IMG/VR virus record: IMGVR_UViG_3300043391_000280
Span: 1-36,382 of that record
Reading direction: 5' to 3' (one strand)
DNA from: a virus
Taxonomy: Duplodnaviria; Caudoviricetes
DNA: 36,382 bases
Shown here: one piece after another, positions 7,742 to 16,257 of the stretch
Numbering within the stretch: position 1 is the stretch's first letter
Layout of the letters: each line of letters begins with the position of its first letter
The notes under the pieces: model-generated
Database searches by the model: none
Told to the model about the DNA's origin: nothing
Seen by the model: the letters and a program-made list of their open reading frames with translations, nothing else
Program-made: the position numbers and the translations under genes

Positions 7742-8734
7742 TCATGCTGCTTCCTCCGCTACAACTTGGCCCCTGAAATACGCCTTGCCCCGGATCGCCT
7801 CGCATAGTTCAGGCGGCATCAATTCGCCGTCTTTGAACGTCAGCACCGCAAACCCGCTGCAAGCAGGCGAGGGCGCGTTCTCCTGATATTCAAACGCAGG
7901 CGCATTGAGATCGTGAATTGTGCCAGTCTGGACGCCCCAGCGCCGCCCGCGCCAATCGCCCCAAGGCTTAACCTCTAGGCTGTGCGTGTGACCAGTGACG
8001 ATATTCAACCCGCCTTTCATGGCGTTATTGTAAGCTGCATGAACGCCGTTCGCGTGCCGGTGCTTGATCATTGTCGGTGTGTGCGCGTCAGGATTGAACA
8101 GCGTAGACCATTGCAGTTCCCAGCCGGGAAAGTGATCCGCCAAGCGCATTCCTGACATATTGGCGAACTCTTTTGCCTGTACGGCTAATGTGCGTTCAAA
8201 CCGCAGGCAGTGGTTGCCGATGTTCCACAGCCGCTCGCAGCCACGTGGCAAGGCTTGTTCGATCTCGCCTACGCGCTCTTGGCAGGCATGAAGCTCGTCA
8301 ATGACCGTTGGCTTATGCGACCAGCCAAAGGGCGGATGGCGCGAGACGGAAATGCCGTCAAAGATGTCGCCATTCAAAACCTTGGCGCGCGGCTTGACCA
8401 GCTTGATCACCGCAAGCAGCGCCGTGTGTGCCAGCGTCGGCGGTCCCGGCCAATAGTGGTGATCGCTTGAGACAACCACTGTGCCGTTCGGAATCTGCAC
8501 CTGCAATTCACGCGGCCAAGTCCAACATTCTTCCGAACGCCATGTGGTCGGGGTGCGCGTTTCGTATCCAGCGCGGGGAACGGTTGTCAAGTGAATGCCC
8601 CGGTTGGCCATCCGCTTGCGCCGATCCAGAACATTGCGGACGTGTGCTCCGGTGGCTTCTGCTACGCCGGTTGCGCTGCCGTGTTTTTGCCACTCCTCGA
8701 TAAATTGCTCGTCCGTCATTTTTGGCGCTGGCAT
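7742..8734 (-). CDS. calcineurin-like metallophosphoesterase with N-terminal HTH
   Basis: SDHH, LNGDIFD, GNH, KH, GHTH motifs. Confidence 0.88.
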   Translation of the reverse strand: MPAPKMTDEQFIEEWQKHGSATGVAEATGAHVRNVLDRRKRMANRGIHLTTVPRAGYETRTPTTWRSEECWTWPRELQVQIPNGTVVVSSDHHYWPGPPTLAHTALLAVIKLVKPRAKVLNGDIFDGISVSRHPPFGWSHKPTVIDELHACQERVGEIEQALPRGCERLWNIGNHCLRFERTLAVQAKEFANMSGMRLADHFPGWELQWSTLFNPDAHTPTMIKHRHANGVHAAYNNAMKGGLNIVTGHTHSLEVKPWGDWRGRRWGVQTGTIHDLNAPAFEYQENAPSPACSGFAVLTFKDGELMPPELCEAIRGKAYFRGQVVAEEAA

Positions 8735-8797
8735 TTGGTATTCCTCTTGCCGTTGGTCCGGTTTACGAAATGCGCTGAAAGTGTAGTGACAATGTAG

Positions 8798-9304
8798 CTA
8801 CGGGCTAATTTTCAAACCAAGCGCCCACTCTCGGGCTGCCTCAAGGCGGGTCGTGTTGATCGTGCAGACCTGAATGTCGCCCGCCGTCACTGCAACCATG
8901 TCGGGCGCTGTACCGGCGCGGTCAGGACTTCCGGCGCGGTCACCTTCGGCGGAGGAAGGGGCTCTGCCGGCCGAACTCGCAAAGGTGCTGCGCACCCGGT
9001 GACCAGCGATGTAACGATCAGCAGCGGAACGAGCGTCAGCAAGCTCCGCACGGTAGGACTTGTCGGCTTCATTGGCTTTGCTCCTGTAGCGGGCCTCTGT
9101 GGCGTCCAGAGCGCGCTTGGCGATGATGGTGGCCTCGGACTGCGCAGCGGCGTAGGCGGCCCTGTCAGCCTTCCTAAGCGCCTTCTCGGCATGGTAGGCG
9201 TGGCGGTAGTGCCAACTGGCAACGATCAGCCCGAACACTGCCACAGCGGCGGCTATGGACAAGCCAAAGCGCCAGCGTGCGAGGATGGGAAGCAGGCCGA
9301 TCAT
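8798..9304 (-). CDS. Rz: i-spanin (Rz-like)
   Basis: N-terminal TM then Ala-rich coiled coil; after holin and endolysin. Confidence 0.85.
   Translation of the reverse strand: MIGLLPILARWRFGLSIAAAVAVFGLIVASWHYRHAYHAEKALRKADRAAYAAAQSEATIIAKRALDATEARYRSKANEADKSYRAELADARSAADRYIAGHRVRSTFASSAGRAPSSAEGDRAGSPDRAGTAPDMVAVTAGDIQVCTINTTRLEAAREWALGLKISP
8887..9072 (-). CDS. Rz1: o-spanin lipoprotein embedded in Rz
   Basis: Signal peptide with lipobox VTG-C, Pro-rich mature part, nested in another frame. Confidence 0.8.
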   Translation of the reverse strand: MKPTSPTVRSLLTLVPLLIVTSLVTGCAAPLRVRPAEPLPPPKVTAPEVLTAPVQRPTWLQ

Positions 9305-9522
9305 GCGGGCGGTTCCTGCTTGGTCGTGGTGACGCGCGCCATTGTCGCCAGTGCAAACACCGCAAAGCCGACAAGCGGACGCGCCCAAACCGGGAGCATC
9401 TCGACTAGCGCGGCAAAGCCTGCCGGATCAGACGCAGCCCAAGCGGCAATCAGGCCAGCAATCACCGCAAGGCGAACCGATGCAAAGCGCCACGCCTGAT
9501 TGATGTCGTCGATGAAGTTCAT
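9301..9522 (-). CDS. holin
   Basis: 73 aa, two TM segments, AWRFASVRL, between endolysin and Rz. Confidence 0.75.
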   Translation of the reverse strand: MNFIDDINQAWRFASVRLAVIAGLIAAWAASDPAGFAALVEMLPVWARPLVGFAVFALATMARVTTTKQEPPA

Positions 9523-9523
9523 G

Positions 9524-9616
9524 TCAGCCCCCTATGATGATGAGAATGCCGACCGTGATGAGCGCCAGATATGCGGCGCATTCTTTCACGGCCCGGATGA
9601 ATTGCGCGCGGGTCAT
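9524..9616 (-). CDS. small membrane peptide, 30 aa (MTRAQFIRAVKECAAYLALITVGILIIIGG)
   Basis: ATGA-coupled to endolysin; single TM. Confidence 0.5.
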   Translation of the reverse strand: MTRAQFIRAVKECAAYLALITVGILIIIGG

Positions 9617-10131
9617 TTCAGCAGCGCCAAAGCGGCGTCCTCGACCCGGCCCACACGGGCAAGCCAACCCTTGCCAAAGCGCCAGAATGTCGGCAGCGCG
9701 CGGTAGTAATCCCGGCGTGCATCGGCATAGGCTTCGATCAGCGTGTCGATGCCTTTCCGCATCGTGTAGGCCTGCACCGCTTCAAGCGTGCCGCGCCCGA
9801 TCTGCCCGTCAGGTAAAGCCGACACGATCTTTTGCAGCATCTTGGCCGCGCGTGCCGGCCCTGCGTTCACTGCGAAGTCGAACACCATGAGCCCGAGCCC
9901 ATCGCCTAGCTGGTCGCCCGCCACCTTGTCCCAATACCGGGACTTGTAGAGCGATGCGACGGCGACTTGCGTAAGCCCGCGCATGACGGCCTCAGTTGCG
10001 GGCCTGCCGGTGTATTCCGCCCAGGTCTTTGCCGTGACGCCAAGATTGGTCATGCCCCCCGGATCGTGCGGGTCATTCACGAAGCCGCCTTCCTCTTTGA
10101 TCAGGACGGCGAGGGCATCGGAGAATGCCAT
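9613..10131 (-). CDS. endolysin, glycoside hydrolase family 108 with peptidoglycan-binding domain
   Basis: EEGGFVNDPHDPGGMTNLGVT...FDFAVNAG...FGKGWLARV. Confidence 0.93.
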   Translation of the reverse strand: MAFSDALAVLIKEEGGFVNDPHDPGGMTNLGVTAKTWAEYTGRPATEAVMRGLTQVAVASLYKSRYWDKVAGDQLGDGLGLMVFDFAVNAGPARAAKMLQKIVSALPDGQIGRGTLEAVQAYTMRKGIDTLIEAYADARRDYYRALPTFWRFGKGWLARVGRVEDAALALLK

Positions 10132-10406
10132 CAGCGGTTACCTCTGCGTTCGCGCGCCTGTTCGGTCAGTGCCGCTACGTTGGCATCGATCCGCGCGCTG
10201 GTGATGCGGATTTCCTCAACCTTGGTCACAATCCGATCTTGCTGGACTTCAAGCCCACCAATCCGCCGGTCATGATCGTTCAAGCGTTGAACCTCGACAC
10301 CGGCAATGTAGGTGCCCTGCAATAGGGACAGCCCCAAAGCTGCCGCTGCGATCCATTCTGCACGGGTCAAGGCTCCCCCCTCTTTTGCTGGTTCAGAAAC
10401 TGCCAT
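10131..10406 (-). CDS. membrane/coiled-coil protein of lysis module (holin or antiholin-like)
   Basis: One TM then coiled coil; directly upstream of endolysin. Confidence 0.6.
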   Translation of the reverse strand: MAVSEPAKEGGALTRAEWIAAAALGLSLLQGTYIAGVEVQRLNDHDRRIGGLEVQQDRIVTKVEEIRITSARIDANVAALTEQARERRGNR

Positions 10407-12712
10407 CACCCGATCCGCCAGTTGGTGCCATCGGAATAAACTGGCACGCCATTAGCACCGCCGCCCGCGACCACGTTCCCAAAATTCCCCGCCGCAACCA
10501 CGTTGCTATCCGTGACAAACGCCCTTGATCCTGCACCTGCTGTTGCCGCAGCCGACAATGTGCCCACAGTCAGCGCGTGTGTGCGGGCATAGAATGTATG
10601 GACAATAGCCCATCGGCGGGCGGGTTCACCTGACAGATAGGTGTTGTCTACAAGTGGGCGGCTGTTGCAGCCCGTCTCAAAACTGGACGGCACGCCCGCA
10701 GACTGGTTTACGCCCCATGCAATCGCGGCGGTTCCGTCATCCTGAACTGTGCGAAAGGTTGTCGCTCCCGCGCTATTAATCAGGCTGACCTTGCGTGTAT
10801 CGGCAGCGCCGCTTGTCGAATATAGCGAGATCGATGGCGCAGAACCGGCAAACTGATAAACCGGCGCTTCAACACCCGCCTTCGATACAACGTCATAGAC
10901 TGGCCCCCAGCACCACGCCGCCGCGCTGGAACGCGAAAAGTCCCCTCGCACGTCATTGCCGTAATTGGCTGTCTTGAACTTTGACTGGATCGTGATGCCG
11001 TAGGTGTCATCGTCCAGAAGGCTTGGCTCTTTGTCCAGATAGACCGTCGGCGCGGTCGTGTACCCGCTACCACCTGCACCGACCGCAATCGTGACGCGCC
11101 CGTTTGTGAGGGTAGCCGTTGCCGTTGCGCCCGTTCCGCCGCCGCCCACAAGCCGGACAACCGGAGCAACTGAATAACCACCAATGGCCGCGGGCGCGCT
11201 GATGGACGTCACAGCGTCGGCGGTCAACGTTGCAACACAGCCGCCTGTGAACGTTGTCGGCGGATAATTAGTCTGCGCCGTGAGCTTGCGGACATACGCA
11301 TTTTGCCAGCGGATCATCGGCGTATTGCTTCCGTTAGTCAGTTTGATCACTGACCCCGGCATGGTGTTATTCGAGCCGCTGCTGATATGCGTTGCGCCGT
11401 CCAGAACGACGGTTGCGCCGATTGCAGGCGTGTTTATCACCAGTGCATTTGATTGGCTGATTGACGTAATCGCAAGCATGGTCTGGCTGGCATAGGTGCC
11501 GCCTACCGAAACCACCCAAGAATTAGCCGCGCCAGACGTGACAACGCCTAGGCTAGTGCCGTTCGCAGCAAACACCACATGGCCTACAGCAAGCGCAGGG
11601 CTTCCCGTAGTTGTCAGAGCAGTTCCCGTACATGACGCAGTAAACGAAATGCGCGGGCCAAACTGATAGTTGATGCCTGCTTCGGACTTCAGGTCGCGAA
11701 TGGACGTATGCCCGTCCAGCACAGGCGTATCGAGGTAAATAGCGCTGTCAACGCAGTGATCGGCGGCAAGTCCGTCAAACACCATGCCTTGAACGCCGTT
11801 GGTTACCCCCTTGAAGTACCAAGCAGGGCCGCCCGTATCCATGACCTTAACATCGGCAATACGGGTTTCCAGCGCGCCTTGGTTCATGCGCCCGCCACCG
11901 CTGGCAAAGTTCCGCAGCGTCACCCGGCGAACGGTCGTCTGTCCTTGCGGGCGAAGGTCCGAGCTTACAGCCGGATCATACCAGTTCATTGCCCAGCCAG
12001 AGGTCGAGGTAGACCCCTTACCGATAATCATCCAGTTATCCCACTGGCCGTAGTTCCAGTATTGTGAGCTACCGACGAGATGCCCCTGCATCCGTATACC
12101 GTCGATGTTGTCGGTTGAGACAGTGATGCGCGAGGCAAGGCGGTCCAAGGCTTCGGCATTACCCATGCCCTGCCAAGTCTGGCCCTCGTAATGCAGGAGC
12201 GTCGATGCGGTTGTGTAGTTAGCCGCACCAAGGTTTACTTGCGCGCGAACCGATGCCGTCCCGTCCGTCAGGCTGGCCGCATAAGTCGCCGCCTGTTGCA
12301 GCGTGCCGTAGCTGTTAGCCCGCACATCATCATCAAGGACGCCGTCGACCGTATCAGCAACCGCGCCTGTGCCGGGGGCAGTGTAGCCGATCAGCGCCGC
12401 GCCATCATTGGCAAGGTCAGCAAAAGTTACAAAGCTGCTGACGTTCAAAACGTTAATAACAACACGGCCCTGCTTATTCAAAACCGTCAATGAGAATGTA
12501 GCAGGCGAAGCGTAAATGCGTGATTGCGCACCCTGATAAGCCGGATACCCGTCAACCGTGCGGATCGGCTGCGCCCACGGCAAGGTAAGCGCGGCATCGC
12601 GGTAGACCGTGATGGGGTTAGTGCGCGCGTCCTGATTGGCTGCGCCCACGTAGATGTAGCCGCCAGTGCCAGCTTCGGGGAAGTACGGGAAGGGGTTGGT
12701 TATGCTGGTCAT
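10406..12712 (-). CDS. tailspike / receptor-binding protein
   Basis: P22 head-binding-like N-terminus (GYIYVGAANQDARTNPITVY...QPIRT), beta-helix-like body. Confidence 0.85.
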   Translation of the reverse strand: MTSITNPFPYFPEAGTGGYIYVGAANQDARTNPITVYRDAALTLPWAQPIRTVDGYPAYQGAQSRIYASPATFSLTVLNKQGRVVINVLNVSSFVTFADLANDGAALIGYTAPGTGAVADTVDGVLDDDVRANSYGTLQQAATYAASLTDGTASVRAQVNLGAANYTTASTLLHYEGQTWQGMGNAEALDRLASRITVSTDNIDGIRMQGHLVGSSQYWNYGQWDNWMIIGKGSTSTSGWAMNWYDPAVSSDLRPQGQTTVRRVTLRNFASGGGRMNQGALETRIADVKVMDTGGPAWYFKGVTNGVQGMVFDGLAADHCVDSAIYLDTPVLDGHTSIRDLKSEAGINYQFGPRISFTASCTGTALTTTGSPALAVGHVVFAANGTSLGVVTSGAANSWVVSVGGTYASQTMLAITSISQSNALVINTPAIGATVVLDGATHISSGSNNTMPGSVIKLTNGSNTPMIRWQNAYVRKLTAQTNYPPTTFTGGCVATLTADAVTSISAPAAIGGYSVAPVVRLVGGGGTGATATATLTNGRVTIAVGAGGSGYTTAPTVYLDKEPSLLDDDTYGITIQSKFKTANYGNDVRGDFSRSSAAAWCWGPVYDVVSKAGVEAPVYQFAGSAPSISLYSTSGAADTRKVSLINSAGATTFRTVQDDGTAAIAWGVNQSAGVPSSFETGCNSRPLVDNTYLSGEPARRWAIVHTFYARTHALTVGTLSAAATAGAGSRAFVTDSNVVAAGNFGNVVAGGGANGVPVYSDGTNWRIG

Positions 12713-15168
12713 TGTTCTTCCTTGGAAGCATTGATAGCAGCGATGAAACGCTTAACGAGAGGCGCTTCCTCTTGAGGCTTGGCCTTGCTCAATTGCAGAA
12801 GGATGTTGCGAGCGGCGCGGCTTTCCATGACGCGGGCAAGGCCACCGATAGCGCCCGCAGCTGCAACCGTAGCCGCCACAGTTGTCCCGCCGGTAGCAGC
12901 CCCGCCAAGCAAGCCGCCAACCATACCAGTGAGGCCGCTAAGGCCAGCAATCGCCACGCCCTGCTGCCCGGTGTTAGTCACCACACCAGCTTCACCCGCA
13001 CGGCGCGTAAGCTTGAGCGCCTTGACAAGGCCCCCGATACGCTGCGCCTCTTCCGGCGAAAACAGTACGCCGATAGCGTTGCCCTGCTTTTTGACAGCGG
13101 TGATGAACTTTTCAGGGCTGATCACCTCCATATCGCCGCCAATTTCTCGGAACACCTTATCCATGACAGCCGCGCGAGCATTGGCGCGGCCTTCAGGTGT
13201 AAGGGCACGATAAAGCGCCGCAACGTCGCTGCGCTTCTGGCTAAACAACAGGTTGTTAACTGCTTCCGGCGTTGCCTCGCCATTGCGAAGAACGGACTTC
13301 AGCGCCTGCTTGTCCAAGTCGCCCGCCAATTCCGAAAGACGGCGATTGGCAATCATCCACTTGTTCGCCTCGCGCGAGCCGCCATTGGCGCGAATGAAAG
13401 CGCCCATATCCTCGCGGAGCGGGTTATAGATGCGGTTCATGCTCTTTTGCGCTTCACCGCTTACCGCTGCCAATTCGGGAGACTTGAACTCTTCCCCGAT
13501 CTGCTTGCGAAGGACTTCAATATCCTTAAGGCTCTTGCCCTGAATATCGTTCTTCCAGCGCCGAAGAATTGAAATTGCGGGCGCAAAGCCTTTCGGGCTG
13601 ATACGCGAAAGCCGCGCAAGCTCGTCATCAATCGCGGCATTCGTGGCAGCGACCGGAACCTCGCCCGCGCTATTGACCGCTGCGATAGCCTGCTTTTTCA
13701 TATCGGCGTACTTGGTCAATTCGCCGCTGCGCTTAGTCGAGACACTGCGCCAAACCTTATCAGGTAAGCCTTCAGCGCCAGCGCCATAGCCCGTTAGAAC
13801 ATCCTTGACCGCTGCAACGCGCGCGTCCTGCTGCGTTGCGCGAAGCCCGCCCGTGCCCGCCAGAGGAATGCGCTCGCCAACCTGCTGCAGGTTCTTGCCC
13901 ATGAACGTCTGCGGCGGCGCAACGTCCGAAGCCATAACCGGGATGCCAGCGCCTTCAGCCGCTGCAACAGCCGCCGGAGCCGCTACGCGCGGTGCCTTCA
14001 TGGCTTGCGCTACACCAGCGCCCTTTGCGCCTGCAATGCCCCCGGCAAGCCCTGCGGCAATCTGTGCCACCGTGCCGCCGCCCTGCTCACGGGCAAACTC
14101 TGCACCCGCGCCAGCACCAGCACCGCCCGCAACCTGCTGGATAGGCTGCGCAGCCAAACTAGCCGCTGCCTGCCCTGCCATGCCGGGAAGAACGCGAGAA
14201 GCCATGCCAGCAAGGCCAGCGCCAGTCATTGCGCCGGTTGCGCCCTGAATGATGGCATTGCCCATTGGATCGGTGTTTTCAGGCAGGCCCAGCGCCTCGC
14301 GTGTGGCGCGCCCGAGATTGGTAGAAAAGTTTGTGCCAGCCAGCGCATTGATCGTGGCATTCAGCGGATTGCCGATAATGCCCAGAACATTGCCAGCGCC
14401 TTCAGCCATTGAGCCAAGGCCCTGCCCGATGCCTTCCATCGTCGTATTTGACTGCGGAAGTTCTGCGGTCGTTTGCCCCTTGGTAAAGGTCTTTCCGCCG
14501 TAGGTAAACGTATTGCCTTCAGCCTGCGCCTGCGTTTGCGCAATCTCTTGCGTGATCTGGCTCGGAACTTTGCCGTCAACCATTCCGCCAATCAGCATTT
14601 CAAGCAGCGAAAGCTTTTCCTTGATGGCAATATCGCTATCAGATGCCTGCGGAATGTAGGCCATAAAGACCATCATTTCCTTTTCGCTGTCGCCTTCTTT
14701 AGCGGTCTGTGCGACAAGCGGGCGAATGAGCGGGAGCATCGTCTGCGCTGCCACATTAAAGCGCTCATTTGTTGGCAGTGCGCTGAAATATTCAGTCAAT
14801 CCGCCAAGTCGTTCAAGCGGCTGGCCTTCAATATCCTGCTGGAACAAATCAGCCGTGCGCCCCATGATGGCGCGGATCGTATCGGCGCGCTTTTTAGATG
14901 ACGCTTCCTTGGAAGCAATTTCGATTTCAGTTGCGCTCTTTCCTTCACCGCCGCGACGAGCCGATGCTTGTGCTGCAATCACTTCAGGATCAGCAGGGCC
15001 ACCCGGAATAGGCGCAAGTCCGCCACCTGCCTGCTCAAAACCACTAGGCGGCTCTTTCGGCTTTTCAGGCGCGGGCGGAACATAGATAGCGCTGCCAGAC
15101 GTAGGCGCGGCCTGCGCCGGGTCTGCTACCACCGGGCTATCTGCCCACCAATCTTTAGTCTGTGCCAT
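12709..15168 (-). CDS. large DNA ejection/transfer protein (P22 gp16-like position)
   Basis: 819 aa, Ala/Gly-rich helical with hydrophobic segments; third gene of the ejection cluster. Confidence 0.72.
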   Translation of the reverse strand: MAQTKDWWADSPVVADPAQAAPTSGSAIYVPPAPEKPKEPPSGFEQAGGGLAPIPGGPADPEVIAAQASARRGGEGKSATEIEIASKEASSKKRADTIRAIMGRTADLFQQDIEGQPLERLGGLTEYFSALPTNERFNVAAQTMLPLIRPLVAQTAKEGDSEKEMMVFMAYIPQASDSDIAIKEKLSLLEMLIGGMVDGKVPSQITQEIAQTQAQAEGNTFTYGGKTFTKGQTTAELPQSNTTMEGIGQGLGSMAEGAGNVLGIIGNPLNATINALAGTNFSTNLGRATREALGLPENTDPMGNAIIQGATGAMTGAGLAGMASRVLPGMAGQAAASLAAQPIQQVAGGAGAGAGAEFAREQGGGTVAQIAAGLAGGIAGAKGAGVAQAMKAPRVAAPAAVAAAEGAGIPVMASDVAPPQTFMGKNLQQVGERIPLAGTGGLRATQQDARVAAVKDVLTGYGAGAEGLPDKVWRSVSTKRSGELTKYADMKKQAIAAVNSAGEVPVAATNAAIDDELARLSRISPKGFAPAISILRRWKNDIQGKSLKDIEVLRKQIGEEFKSPELAAVSGEAQKSMNRIYNPLREDMGAFIRANGGSREANKWMIANRRLSELAGDLDKQALKSVLRNGEATPEAVNNLLFSQKRSDVAALYRALTPEGRANARAAVMDKVFREIGGDMEVISPEKFITAVKKQGNAIGVLFSPEEAQRIGGLVKALKLTRRAGEAGVVTNTGQQGVAIAGLSGLTGMVGGLLGGAATGGTTVAATVAAAGAIGGLARVMESRAARNILLQLSKAKPQEEAPLVKRFIAAINASKEEQ

Positions 15169-15401
15169 TAGCCCTTAGGCTCCATGTGAATATGATCGCC
15201 CTCGTTAATCACATCGAGGCCGGGATTAAGACGGCGAAGCTGTGCAGCGTAGGCGCTCATGCTCATCCCCGGAGGCGGTACGCTGTCACGCGCGCGGCCA
15301 GACAGGTGATAGCTGTTCGCCACCCCGCCTACTGCCTTGTTTCGTGCTGGACTGCGCATTGTCGAAGTCACTCGCTCACCTTCAATACCCTTAGGGGCGA
15401 A
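15168..15401 (-). CDS. peptidase M15 (DD-peptidase fold)-like domain, probably a +1 frameshift extension of the upstream ejection protein
   Basis: VTSTMRSPARNKAVGGVANSYHLSGRARD...GDHIH metal motif; no convincing own start; overlaps TTT CGC CCC TAA. Confidence 0.7.
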   Translation of the reverse strand, partial: FAPKGIEGERVTSTMRSPARNKAVGGVANSYHLSGRARDSVPPPGMSMSAYAAQLRRLNPGLDVINEGDHIHMEPKG

Positions 15402-16257
15402 ACCCGCCGGTAGCGTTGCCGCTACCACCTCCCGGTTTTGTGCGGATAACACCATTGGGATCGTAAAACGCCGCTCCCGGCGGCAATGCGTCAAACTCGG
15501 CCTTGTTCTTTGGTCTGGCAGGACCACCGCGCTGCGCATTGGCCGGAATGCTTCCGCCCATCATTTGCCGCAATTGCTCTGCCGGGCCGCTAAAGAATCC
15601 GCCATTAGGAAGCGTGACCGTTACTTTTGTCCGCTCTTCCTTGAGTGCCTGCTTGAACTCCGGCGTGCCGACCGCCTGCGGCCCCATTTCAGCCACAAGG
15701 TTCTTAATCAAAGCCGTGTCAAGCTTCATGTCTTGGCTGGCATACATCGTCTTGTAGCGCTCGGGATCAAGCGTGAAGATCGTGTTTGCCAGCGCAACCT
15801 TGGCTTCCTCCGGACTGCGCTGCATTAGCTCAAGGCCAAACTGTAGCTCCTTGGCGTACTGCTCTTGCCCCGGCGTGTTCTTGGCTGCGGCCAGAAGCCC
15901 TTCGGCAATCTTCTGCGCCGAACCCGTATCTCCACGTTCAAGCGCTGAATAGACTTGCGTCGAGTAATTCAGGCGAGTCTGCTTGATCGCGTCATTGATC
16001 GGCTCGTATGCCTTCTTAATGGCGTCCGCCTGCTCGGGAAACTGTAGCATGAACTCGGACATAGTTTCTGGCGAGCGGTCAGTCTTAAGCCGCTGTACAA
16101 ACTGCGCATATTGCTGCTTACGCTGCTCTTGCGCAACCTGCTTTTGCATGGCCTGCTCTTGTGCCAAACGCTGCTGCCGTGCCGCCTGAAACGACTGCAT
16201 AAACGCCTGCCCCGGATCGGGCATAGCTTGCAGGAAGGGAAGGGGATTGATTGCCAT
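15391..16257 (-). CDS. DNA ejection protein (P22 gp20-like position)
   Basis: Gln/Ala-rich helical; C-terminal EFDALPPGAAFYDPNG module. Confidence 0.72.
   Translation of the reverse strand: MAINPLPFLQAMPDPGQAFMQSFQAARQQRLAQEQAMQKQVAQEQRKQQYAQFVQRLKTDRSPETMSEFMLQFPEQADAIKKAYEPINDAIKQTRLNYSTQVYSALERGDTGSAQKIAEGLLAAAKNTPGQEQYAKELQFGLELMQRSPEEAKVALANTIFTLDPERYKTMYASQDMKLDTALIKNLVAEMGPQAVGTPEFKQALKEERTKVTVTLPNGGFFSGPAEQLRQMMGGSIPANAQRGGPARPKNKAEFDALPPGAAFYDPNGVIRTKPGGGSGNATGGFRP

Noticed and set aside
10406-10570. Tailspike/110-aa similarity as a DGR template-variable repeat pair
   Set aside because: No reverse transcriptase; differences are not adenine-specific and both copies are coding
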